NCBI GenBank assembly: GCA_041487635.1
Contig: JBGPNR010000001.1
Span: 1 to 36,456, forward strand
Length of the DNA: 36,456 nucleotides
Direction: 5' to 3'
From: Candidatus Udaeobacter sp.
GTDB taxonomy: Bacteria > Verrucomicrobiota > Verrucomicrobiia > Chthoniobacterales > UBA10450
Positions 1-8,190 of this stretch are shown one piece after another. Positions within the stretch are counted from its first letter, which is position 1; every line of letters starts with the position of its first letter. Position numbers and translations under genes: made by a program. The notes beneath the pieces were generated by a model that was given only the letters and a program-made list of their open reading frames with translations, was not told where the DNA came from and ran no database searches.

Positions 1-103
1 GGAGCGAGTGGGAGGAGCGACATAGACGGTTGCGCCGCGAGGGTAGCGGCGAGAGAGTCAGGAGACGAACGAGTCAATCTCTGGTCGTTAATCAAGCATT
101 CCC

Positions 104-952
104 ATGTCCCTGAAACTTTCTGAGAAGAAACTGGTAGTGCTCGGCGCCGGGAAACTTGGCGGTATACTGCTGCGCGCGTACCTGAAGCAAGGACTGTTCG
201 ACGTCAGCCGCACGACCGCGACAGTGAAACATGCGGAAAGAGCAGCCGCGCTTGCGAAAGAGTTGGGCATCGCCGTGATCAAGGACAATCGGGAAGCGGT
301 TAAGGGCGCCGACATCATTCTGCTGACGGTAAAGCCCCAAACCGTGGCGGAGGTGTTGCAGGAGATCGCTACCGAAATTGGCCCGCAGACGCTGCTTGTT
401 TCCGTTGCGGCTTCGGTGCCGACAGGTTTCGTCGAGCAGCAACTCGCTGCGGCCACTGGTGGCAAGCGCGACGAAGTGGCAGTGGTCCGAGCGATGCCAA
501 ACACCCCTGCCGCTGTCGGCTGCGGGATGACTGCAATTTGTGGCGGGACTCATGCGAGCCTCGAGCATCTCGAAATTGCTCGAAGCATGTTCGACGCCGT
601 CGGCAGGACGATTGTGCTTGATGAAAAGCACATGGACGCGGTGACCGGTCTTTCCGCAAGCGGACCGGCGTTCGCATACATCATTCTCGAATCGCTTGCT
701 GAAGGCGGCGTGAAAGTTGGTTTGCCGCGCGATGTAGCCACGCTTCTGGCGGCGCAGACCATGAAGGGTTCGGCGAGTGTTGTGTTGGAAACCGGCGACC
801 ATCCCGCGCTTCTAAAGGACGCTGTCACCACCCCGGCCGGCTGCACTATTGACGGCATCCTTGAACTCGAAGAAGGGAAACTGCGCGTCACTCTGATCAA
901 GGCGGTTGTCAAAGCGACCAGCCGTGCTGGCGAATTGCTATTTGAAAAGTAG
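104..952 (+). CDS. proC: pyrroline-5-carboxylate reductase
   Basis: 282-aa ORF with ATG at 104. N-terminal Rossmann motif VVLGAGKLGG, plus AMPNTPA and TTPAGCTI motifs typical of P5C reductase. Confidence 0.9.
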   Translation: MSLKLSEKKLVVLGAGKLGGILLRAYLKQGLFDVSRTTATVKHAERAAALAKELGIAVIKDNREAVKGADIILLTVKPQTVAEVLQEIATEIGPQTLLVSVAASVPTGFVEQQLAAATGGKRDEVAVVRAMPNTPAAVGCGMTAICGGTHASLEHLEIARSMFDAVGRTIVLDEKHMDAVTGLSASGPAFAYIILESLAEGGVKVGLPRDVATLLAAQTMKGSASVVLETGDHPALLKDAVTTPAGCTIDGILELEEGKLRVTLIKAVVKATSRAGELLFEK

Positions 953-1071
953 CTGGGTTGCCTGAAGGGAAAAATCGCGGTCTTCCATCGCACGCTCCGA
1001 GCACGGCAGGCAAAAACATACGCGAAACGGCTACGGCTTGAAATCCGTGCGGCATTGCTTAATGACGCAGT

Positions 1072-2274
1072 ATGAGTCCGCTCTTGTATGTTTTAATCGG
1101 GGTGATCGGCGGCGGATTTGTCGTCGCGGTGATCGCTCTGGTTGCATGGCGTGGAACCAGCGGGAGCGTGCAAGTGGACCTGGTGAAGCGATTGGAAATG
1201 ATCGATCGCGGATTGCGCGACGAATTCTCTCGCAACCGTGAGGAAGCGGGCGCGGCCGCGAAGAATCAGCGGGAAGAATTGAGCAAGTCTCTCGAAAATG
1301 TGCGGTCGGCTGTCGATCTCCGCCTCAAGCAATTGCAGGAGGACAACGCAAATCAAATCGACAAGATGCGCGCGACGGTCGATGAAAAATTGCAAGGCAC
1401 GCTGGAGAAGCGCCTTGGCGAATCGTTCAAGCTGGTGAGCGAGCGGCTTGAGCAGGTCCATCAAGGCCTCGGCGCGATGCAGCAACTGGCGAGTGACGTT
1501 GGCGGGTTGCAACGCGTACTTACGAATGTAAAGACCCGCGGCGGCTGGAGCGAATGGCAGCTAGGCGTCCTTTTGGAGGAAATGCTGACACCGGAACAGT
1601 TCGCCAAAAACATGAAGACGCATGATGACAGCGACGAGCGCGTCGAGTTTGCGATCAAATTGCCCGGTGACGATAACGGCGCTCCGGTGTGGTTGCCGAT
1701 TGACGCGAAGTTTCCGATGGAACATTACGAGCGCCTCGCTGCCGCGCAGGAAAAAGGCGACCCCTCAGCGGTGGAAGCAGCGATCAAGACGTTGGAGACC
1801 CAGTTGAAGCGGTGCGCGAAAGATATCTGCGAGAAATACATCAATCCGCCAAAGACGACTGATTTTGCGCTCTTGTTTCTACCAAGCGAAGGACTGTACG
1901 CGGAAGCGATTCGTCGCGTGGGCTTGGTGCAAAACGTACAGCGCGATTGCCGAGTTACCTTTGTCGGACCGACTACGCTGGCGGCGTTGCTCAATAGTTT
2001 GCAGATGGGTTTTCGCACCCTGGCGATTCAAAAGCGATCCAGCGAGGTTTGGAACCTGCTTGCAGCGGTGAAAACTGAATTTGGAAAATTCGGCGAGGCG
2101 TTGTCAGCGGTGAAGGAGAAAATCGACCAAGCCTCACGGAAAATAGAGGATGTCGATGTTCGCTCGCGCGCGATCACAAAAAAGTTGCGCGACGTCGAGG
2201 AGTTGCCATCGAATCCGCAGCCGTTGTTGAGAGATCTGTTGCCGAACGAGGACGATGAAGGCAGCTACGAATAA
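1072..2274 (+). CDS. rmuC: DNA recombination protein RmuC
   Basis: 400-aa ORF with an N-terminal TM helix (LLYVLIGVIGGGFVVAVIALVAW), a long charged coiled-coil region and a C-terminal RmuC-type region (TRGGWSEWQLGVLLE, FALLFLPSEGLY). Confidence 0.85.
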   Translation: MSPLLYVLIGVIGGGFVVAVIALVAWRGTSGSVQVDLVKRLEMIDRGLRDEFSRNREEAGAAAKNQREELSKSLENVRSAVDLRLKQLQEDNANQIDKMRATVDEKLQGTLEKRLGESFKLVSERLEQVHQGLGAMQQLASDVGGLQRVLTNVKTRGGWSEWQLGVLLEEMLTPEQFAKNMKTHDDSDERVEFAIKLPGDDNGAPVWLPIDAKFPMEHYERLAAAQEKGDPSAVEAAIKTLETQLKRCAKDICEKYINPPKTTDFALLFLPSEGLYAEAIRRVGLVQNVQRDCRVTFVGPTTLAALLNSLQMGFRTLAIQKRSSEVWNLLAAVKTEFGKFGEALSAVKEKIDQASRKIEDVDVRSRAITKKLRDVEELPSNPQPLLRDLLPNEDDEGSYE

Positions 2275-2350
2275 CGGGAACGGCAGTTCGGTCGATGGGG
2301 TAATGCGACTCTCGAAATCAGCTACAAGCTATTTCGAACGTTTTTGGAGT

Positions 2351-2394
2351 GCGGCGACATGTCGCCGCTTTCAAAAGCGCGGACATGTCCGCGC
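2351..2394. terminator. twin perfect 18-bp palindromes, likely a bidirectional terminator between convergent rmuC and the DUF885 gene
   Basis: gcggcgacatgtcgccgc (2351-2368) and gcgcggacatgtccgcgc (2377-2394) are each perfect palindromes sharing the core GACATGTC. The first is followed by TTTC on the + strand, and the second by TTTT on the - strand. Confidence 0.6.
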
Positions 2395-2403
2395 AGTCCA
2401 AAT

Positions 2404-4170
2404 TTACAATACCGCGTCCCATTTGGTCTGGTCTTTGAGCATGATTTCTCGCAGGAGACGAATGGGCGGCATGCCGTGGTTGAGCAACTCGTTATGGAAC
2501 TTTTGTAATGAGAAGGTGTCGCCTTCTTGCGCCTTGTAATCGTCGCGCAGTTTCAGGATCTGCAATTTGCCAAGCGTATAATTGAGATAACCAGGATCGA
2601 AAGTGCCGCGCATGGCTTCGCTGCGCGCCGGTTTTTCCTCGTAGTAACAATTGTCCTGGAAAAATTTGGTGGCCTCATCGAGCGACATATTTTGCGTGTG
2701 CATTTTAATCGATACGCATAACCGGCAGAGACGAAGCAGCGCTTCGTCGGCCTGAGCCATGCGATATTTTGCCGCGCGTTTGACGTCCTCTTCGCTGGGG
2801 CTTGAGCTGGTCGGACCGCCGAATCCTTCATCGAGCATCATTTTCTCGCAGAAGTGAGCCCACCCTTCGATGAACGCGTAGCTGCCGAAGATCTTTTCCA
2901 CCTTGGTGGCTGGCGATGCGTTCAGGTGCAGGAACTGCACATAATGGCCGGGATAAGCTTCATGAATCGAAACGACGTCGGAAGTGTAGTAGTTGAAGGC
3001 GGTGAGCCATTCTCGTTTTTGTTTCTCCGGCCAATCGTGCTCCGTCGGCGTGACGTAGTAATAGGCCTCGGTAGCCCGCTTCTCGAATGGACCCGGCGTA
3101 TCCATCGATGCAAAGGACGTGGCGCGCAGATATTGCGGCGTCTCTTTGACCTTTGCGCGAACCTCTGAGGGGATGCTGACCAAATGACGGTTCAAAACGT
3201 ACTTGCGAATTTTGTCCAGGTCTTTGCCAACATCGGAAATGAGTTTGTCCGGCGCCGGATGTTCGCTCTGGATTTGCTTGAATACTTCGATTGGCGACTT
3301 GTTCGGGTCGATTTTTTTTGCAGCGTCGGCAAACGCTTGCTGTTCCGCTTTTAATTGCGCCATTCCGATCTCGAGGACTTTTTGCGGCGAAAGATCGACC
3401 AGTTCGGTTTGGGCCAGGAAGCGGCCGAATTTCTCTTCGCCCAACGCAAAATCGAGCGAGGCTTTCGGCAGTTTCTCCCGCTCCAGCCACGCCGCGTAAT
3501 CGTTGAGAGCATTAGCAGCCTTGCGATTGGCTTCTTGAAACGCCACTCGAAGCTGTTCGTCCTTCAGTCCGCCGACCGCGGCAATGAGATCTTTCTTCAA
3601 AAAATCGGCGGAACCTCTTGCTATCTGGATGGCAAGCTCTACAAACGGTTTGGGAAGCTGTTCATTGAGATTTGTTCTCGCAGCGATCAGGATGTTTGGG
3701 ATTTGAGATTCGATTGCGACGAGGCTGCGAACACGATCGTCGAGCGGCGCAAAATTTCTTTTGATATAAACATTCACATCGGCGGCGCGCGCATAGACCA
3801 TGGGATTTCGCTCGAAAATGGACATGTCCTGCATCTCAAAGAGATCCTTCTTCACCGCAGCCTGAAGAATCCGCAGGTCGATAGATTGGCGTGCACTCAG
3901 TTTGGACGGATCGAATTTGGCCAATCGATCATCGAAGCGTCGCAGCCGGGAAAGTTCGGCATCGAGGGCGAGCCGGCTGTAATCGCTGATTTTGCCGTCG
4001 TACTCGTGAAGACCCAGGGCAGTTCCCTCTAGCGGATGAGCCGCCAGATAGGTTTTGACGTATTCTTCAGCTACCGCTTCATACTCGGCGTCCTCCGCCT
4101 GCGCACCCAGGGTCGCGCTGGAAAAACACAGCGTCAGGAGGAAAATGAACAAGAGCAGTTTGCCTGACAC
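2404..4170 (-). CDS. secreted DUF885-family protein (putative HExxPGH metallohydrolase)
   Basis: Contains the DUF885 signature HEAYPGHYVQ. I start it at GTG 4170, which gives a clean signal peptide (SGKLLLFIFLLTLCFSSATLGAQA) and has a GAGAG SD-like sequence upstream. The ORF-track start at 4338 reads through a repeat element (4174-4317). Confidence 0.8.
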   Translation of the reverse strand: MSGKLLLFIFLLTLCFSSATLGAQAEDAEYEAVAEEYVKTYLAAHPLEGTALGLHEYDGKISDYSRLALDAELSRLRRFDDRLAKFDPSKLSARQSIDLRILQAAVKKDLFEMQDMSIFERNPMVYARAADVNVYIKRNFAPLDDRVRSLVAIESQIPNILIAARTNLNEQLPKPFVELAIQIARGSADFLKKDLIAAVGGLKDEQLRVAFQEANRKAANALNDYAAWLEREKLPKASLDFALGEEKFGRFLAQTELVDLSPQKVLEIGMAQLKAEQQAFADAAKKIDPNKSPIEVFKQIQSEHPAPDKLISDVGKDLDKIRKYVLNRHLVSIPSEVRAKVKETPQYLRATSFASMDTPGPFEKRATEAYYYVTPTEHDWPEKQKREWLTAFNYYTSDVVSIHEAYPGHYVQFLHLNASPATKVEKIFGSYAFIEGWAHFCEKMMLDEGFGGPTSSSPSEEDVKRAAKYRMAQADEALLRLCRLCVSIKMHTQNMSLDEATKFFQDNCYYEEKPARSEAMRGTFDPGYLNYTLGKLQILKLRDDYKAQEGDTFSLQKFHNELLNHGMPPIRLLREIMLKDQTKWDAVL

Positions 4171-4173
4171 ACT

Positions 4174-4317
4174 CTCATTAACGCCGGGCTTCAGCCCGGT
4201 GTTACGGTACGAACAAGCCCCAAACCGGCTCAACGGTTTGGATGCGGTGAGAAAGCCGTCAAAACGGCTCGCGTTTGACTGAGCTTCGGCACCCGGCTGA
4301 AGCTGGGTGTTAATGAG
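4174..4317. repeat. 144-bp MITE/REP-like inverted-repeat element
   Basis: 28-nt imperfect terminal inverted repeats: ctcattaacgccgggcttcagcccggtg (4174-4201) against cacccggctgaagctgggtgttaatgag (4290-4317). Each arm is itself a hairpin. There is an internal 8-bp hairpin, ccaaaccg/cggtttgg. Confidence 0.6.
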
Positions 4318-4440
4318 ATCAGGGAAAGGGTTGGTCATCCTTAAGAGTCTCAGCTAAGACAGCCCTCCTCCTTCGCCGTTGCCAAAAACTCCTCATGAGC
4401 GATGATGGAGTTTCTCGAATCTTGGGTTGAAGGTTGAAAT

Positions 4441-5739
4441 ATGAGGCGTGTGATGATCATCCCATTGCTGGTTTGTCTGCTGCTTAGCGCTTTCCCGGGC
4501 GCATTCGCGCAAGAAGCGCAGCCGGGAAAGAGCGAAGAGGATAACGGCTACGCGCAGATTTCCATTTTCGCAAAGGCTCTCGAATTGATTCGGCAGGATT
4601 ATGTGGATGACAACAAGACGAGCTATCACGATCTCGTCACCGCCGCAATGAAGGGGATGCTTTCTTCGTTGGATCCACATAGCCAGTTCATGGACCCGAA
4701 TGACTTTCGAGACATGCAGGACGATACGCGCAGCCGCTTCAATGGCCTTGGGATTGAGGTTTCGATGAAAAACGGCCTGCCTACGGTGATTACAGCGATG
4801 GAGGACACGCCTGCCGCCAAGGCAGGTATTCTGTCCGGCGATCAGATCTTGCGAATCAACGGTATTTCTACGGAAAAAATGGATCTTCAGGATGCGATCA
4901 ATGTTTTGCGCGGCCCTGCGGGCGCAAAAGTGGCTCTTACGCTGCTGCGACCTGCAACCAAGGAGATCAAGGAATACGCGTTGCAGCGGGCAGAGATCAA
5001 AATCCAAAGTGTGAAGGGAGCAGGGTTGCTCGACGCGGAGCTGACGGGGCCATTCAAGATTGGTTATGTCCGGCTGATTCAGTTTAACGAGCCGACCGCC
5101 GATGAACTATCAAAGGCGCTGGACGATTTGCAGAAGCAAGGCATGCAAGCGCTCATTCTCGATCTTCGGAACAATCCGGGCGGTCTGTTGAATAGCGCGG
5201 TCGACGTATGTGCTCAATTCTTGCCGCCGAACACAAAGATTGTCTCAACGCAGGGACGTGTCGCTTCTCAGCAGCATGATTACTCGACTTCCGGCGCGAA
5301 AAAAGAGCGTCCGAACTTTCCGATGGTATTGCTCGTGAACGAAGGCAGCGCAAGCGGCGCGGAGATTGTTGCAGGGGCGCTCAAGGATTTGCGTCGCGCC
5401 GTGCTTGTCGGCGAAACTACTTTCGGGAAGGGCTCCGTACAAAATGTGATGCAGTTGCCAGACGGCTCGGCAGTGCGTTTGACGACTGCAAAATACTATA
5501 CGCCGAGTAAGCAGGTTATTCAGGGAAACGGCGTTACTCCAAATATTCGGGTTGCTATGACTGCCGAGCAGGAGCGCTCTCTCTTTGCGATGCGCAATGC
5601 CGGAAATATCAAACCTGAGGACGAGAAAAATGTTATCAAGACGAAAGATCCGCAGATGTTGCGCGCAATCGACGCGCTGAAGGGCGTGATGATTTATGCG
5701 CAACAGAGCGCCCCGAAAGCGGAAGCGGTAAAGAAGTAG
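4441..5739 (+). CDS. S41 family carboxyl-terminal processing peptidase
   Basis: 432-aa ORF with a signal peptide, a PDZ-like segment (GIEVSMKNGLPTVITAMEDTPAAKAGILSGDQILRING), the Ser motif NEGSASGAEI and the Lys motif TTFGKGSVQ. Confidence 0.9.
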   Translation: MRRVMIIPLLVCLLLSAFPGAFAQEAQPGKSEEDNGYAQISIFAKALELIRQDYVDDNKTSYHDLVTAAMKGMLSSLDPHSQFMDPNDFRDMQDDTRSRFNGLGIEVSMKNGLPTVITAMEDTPAAKAGILSGDQILRINGISTEKMDLQDAINVLRGPAGAKVALTLLRPATKEIKEYALQRAEIKIQSVKGAGLLDAELTGPFKIGYVRLIQFNEPTADELSKALDDLQKQGMQALILDLRNNPGGLLNSAVDVCAQFLPPNTKIVSTQGRVASQQHDYSTSGAKKERPNFPMVLLVNEGSASGAEIVAGALKDLRRAVLVGETTFGKGSVQNVMQLPDGSAVRLTTAKYYTPSKQVIQGNGVTPNIRVAMTAEQERSLFAMRNAGNIKPEDEKNVIKTKDPQMLRAIDALKGVMIYAQQSAPKAEAVKK

Positions 5740-5754
5740 GCGCTTTCGCTCGTT

Positions 5755-5929
5755 TGTCATTCCGAGCGCAGTCGAGGAATCTCTTTTCATCAATGACGAA
5801 TGACAAATGTCGAATGACGAAGTCCCAAACGCGCGCGCATCTGATCTTTTCATCATTCTCCGCTCGCGCTTCGTTCGTCATTCGGAATTCGTCATTTGAG
5901 GTTACGTCTCGACTTCGCTCGACATGACA
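5755..5929. repeat. 175-bp composite inverted-repeat element filling the ctp-tsaD spacer
   Basis: The termini are tgtcattccgagcgcagtcgagga (5755-) and the reverse complement of tgtcatgtcgagcgaagtcgagac (5906-5929). Inside are inverted heptamer arrays: AATGACG x4 at 5792-5819 and CGTCATT-type x4 at 5869-5896. Confidence 0.55.
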
Positions 5930-7021
5930 GTATTAGCCCTCGAAACATCGTGCGATGAGACTGCCGTGGCGATCTTGCGCGGGCGCGACGATCGCTCCGG
6001 TCCGGAGTTGCTTGCCAGCGAAGTGGCATCGCAGATCGCCGAACACGAGAAATACTGTGGGATCGTGCCTGAGATTGCGTCGCGCAACCATCTGGTATAC
6101 GCGCCGCGACTGCTCAATCGCACCGCAAAGGCGTCCAAGATCGATCTGTCAGACGTTGATGCATTTGCGGCGACCAGCGGACCCGGGCTGGCGAGTTCGC
6201 TCATGGTAGGCGCGTCGATCGCCAAGGGATTGGCGATCGGCTTTGGCAAGCCTTACATCGCAATCAACCATCTCGAAGGCCATTTGCTATCGCCATTTTT
6301 CAGTGGCGCAAATGGCGAGGCGGGAATCAGACCGAATGTTTCGCTTATTGTGAGCGGTGGACACACCATGCTGGTTCGAGTGCATGCGCTGTGTGATTAT
6401 CAGGTGATCGGCCGCACGGTCGACGACGCCGCTGGCGAGGCGCTCGATAAAGTCGCCAAGATGCTTGGGCTGGCTTATCCCGGCGGCCCGGAAATTGAAA
6501 AGCTCGCCCGCGACGGTGATCCAAACCGTTTTGGTCTGCCGCGCAGCATGCTCGGCTCGGAGAATTTTAGCTTCAGCGGGTTAAAAACCGCGGTGCGATA
6601 TTTGCTGCCGAAAATCGATGTCATTCCGAGCGAAGCGAAGCGTAGTCGAGGAATCCCGGCGAACGGCCTTTCTAGTAACGCCACGGGATCCAGCCACTTC
6701 GCACGTGATGACGTCCTTCCGGATCTATGCGCGTCGTTCCAACAGGCAATTATCGACGTGCTGGTGACAAAGACGATTGCGGCAGCGCACAAATACGACG
6801 TCGATCTCGTGACAGTTAGCGGCGGCGTGAGTTGCAACCAGGAATTGAGAAGGCAGTTGCACGAGGCATGCAGTCGCAACGGATTTGAATTCAAAAACGC
6901 CGAGCCGTCGTTGTGTACCGACAACGCGGCCATGATTGCCTTTGCTGCATTATTGCGATTGCAGGCGGGATTTGAATCGCAAGTGACCGAAGAGATCGAC
7001 CCGAATCTCGCGCTCGCGTAA
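5924..7021 (+). CDS. tsaD: tRNA N6-adenosine threonylcarbamoyltransferase TsaD
   Basis: 365-aa ORF with the motifs LALETSCDETAVA, NHLEGHLL, SGGHT and SGGVSCN. It carries a 31-codon repeat-derived insert at 6620-6712. Confidence 0.9.
   Translation: MTVLALETSCDETAVAILRGRDDRSGPELLASEVASQIAEHEKYCGIVPEIASRNHLVYAPRLLNRTAKASKIDLSDVDAFAATSGPGLASSLMVGASIAKGLAIGFGKPYIAINHLEGHLLSPFFSGANGEAGIRPNVSLIVSGGHTMLVRVHALCDYQVIGRTVDDAAGEALDKVAKMLGLAYPGGPEIEKLARDGDPNRFGLPRSMLGSENFSFSGLKTAVRYLLPKIDVIPSEAKRSRGIPANGLSSNATGSSHFARDDVLPDLCASFQQAIIDVLVTKTIAAAHKYDVDLVTVSGGVSCNQELRRQLHEACSRNGFEFKNAEPSLCTDNAAMIAFAALLRLQAGFESQVTEEIDPNLALA
6620..6712. repeat. 93-bp in-frame copy of the GTCAT..CGAAG inverted-repeat element inside the tsaD CDS
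   Basis: The left end is gtcattccgagcgaagcg. The reverse complement of the right end is gtcatcacgtgcgaagtg (14/18 identical). It belongs to the same family as 5755, 5906-5929 and 11876-11959. Length is 93 nt = 31 codons (VIPSEAKRSRGIP...HFARDD). Confidence 0.6.
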
Positions 7022-7037
7022 TCTTTTCGCCATGCTG

Positions 7038-7180
7038 ATTCTGGGGAGCGAAGGCTGCCAGCCTGCAGTCGTCGGCAGCTTGCCGACGACATTTTTCGCG
7101 AAGCGACCTTTGAATTGGAACACAAGCTTTTCGGCAGGTTGCCGAAAAACGACAGGCTGGCAGCCTGTGCTCCCCAGAAT
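7038..7180. repeat. 143-bp inverted-repeat element between convergent tsaD and the polyprenyl synthase gene
   Basis: About 49-nt arms: attctggggagcgaaggctgccagcctg... (7038-) against ...caggctggcagcctgtgctccccagaat (-7180). Each arm contains its own 9-10 bp hairpin. Confidence 0.65.
7068..7096 (+). terminator. intrinsic terminator candidate for tsaD
   Basis: Perfect 10-bp stem gtcgtcggca / tgccgacgac (7068-7090) followed by aTTTTT (7091-7096). A mirror hairpin ttttcggca / tgccgaaaa at 7128-7148 could serve the minus-strand gene. Confidence 0.6.
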
Positions 7181-8064
7181 CAATACTCGCGCTCGAGAAG
7201 ATAATTCGCCAGCGCATGCAGCGGTTCGGCATCGCTGCCACTGAACACCGACAGAGCATTGTGCGCCTGACGGGTGAGCTGTCTGGCTTCGGCGCGGGAT
7301 TCTTCCAAGCCGATCACTGCGGGGTAAGTCGCTTTTTTTGCGGCCAGATCTTTGCCAGCGCTCTTGCCCAATACCTCCGAAGTCTGCGTTACATCGAGAA
7401 TGTCATCGATGATTTGGAACGCGAGACCCAGTCGCTGCCCGAACCGTGTGATGGCAGAAAGTTTTCGGGCGTCTGCGTTGCCGCTCATCGCACCGAGCCG
7501 CACCGAGCTTTTCAAAATGGCTCCGGTCTTATTCTCGTGAATAAATTTCAGCTGGTCGCGTTTGACGTCCTTGCCTTCGGCTTCGAGATCAGCAACCTGA
7601 CAGGCGATAAGTTTTTGGCTTCCAGCTGCAACTGAAATCTCGCGCAACAAGGCTGAAGTGTTGTAGCGGCGCGCCGGCTTCGTTCTGGAGACAATTTCGA
7701 ACGCGATCGTCAACAACGCGTCTCCAGCCAGGATCGCAATGCCGTCGCCGAAGACTTTGTGGCAGGTGGGCCGACCGCGCCGCAAATCATCGTTGTCCAT
7801 ACTGGGAAGATCATCGTGCACGAGCGAGTAGGTGTGAATGCATTCGAGCGCGCAGGCAAGAGGGAGCGCATCGTCGATGTTCCCGCGACAAGCTTCGGTT
7901 GCCGCAAGGCAAAGAATAGGTCGCAATCGTTTCCCACCAGCGAAAAGACTATAACGCATCGCCTTGTGAAGTGTTGCGGGTTTCGTATTCGCCCCGGGCA
8001 AATAGCGATCCAGCGCCCGGTCGATCTTTCTTTGGCGGCTGCGAAGATATGCTTTCAGATCCAT
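7180..8064 (-). CDS. polyprenyl (farnesyl/geranylgeranyl) diphosphate synthase
   Basis: 294-aa ORF with the first Asp-rich motif HDDLPSMDNDDLRRGRPT and the second Asp-rich motif FQIIDDILD. Confidence 0.88.
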   Translation of the reverse strand: MDLKAYLRSRQRKIDRALDRYLPGANTKPATLHKAMRYSLFAGGKRLRPILCLAATEACRGNIDDALPLACALECIHTYSLVHDDLPSMDNDDLRRGRPTCHKVFGDGIAILAGDALLTIAFEIVSRTKPARRYNTSALLREISVAAGSQKLIACQVADLEAEGKDVKRDQLKFIHENKTGAILKSSVRLGAMSGNADARKLSAITRFGQRLGLAFQIIDDILDVTQTSEVLGKSAGKDLAAKKATYPAVIGLEESRAEARQLTRQAHNALSVFSGSDAEPLHALANYLLEREY

Positions 8065-8190
8065 GACGCTAGTAGATCTCGATTGTAGCGGCGCTCCGTA
8101 ATGCTGGCAGTATTTTTCGACGCAAAGTTCTCAATGTTCCTCCAACTTTGCGCATTGGTGGCCCCGAACGTTCTCCAAAGTAGGGTGCGC

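Noticed and set aside
4171-4338. N-terminal extension of the DUF885 ORF back to ATG 4338
   Set aside because: The extension is the translation of a 144-bp inverted-repeat element. A GTG at 4170 gives a canonical signal peptide.
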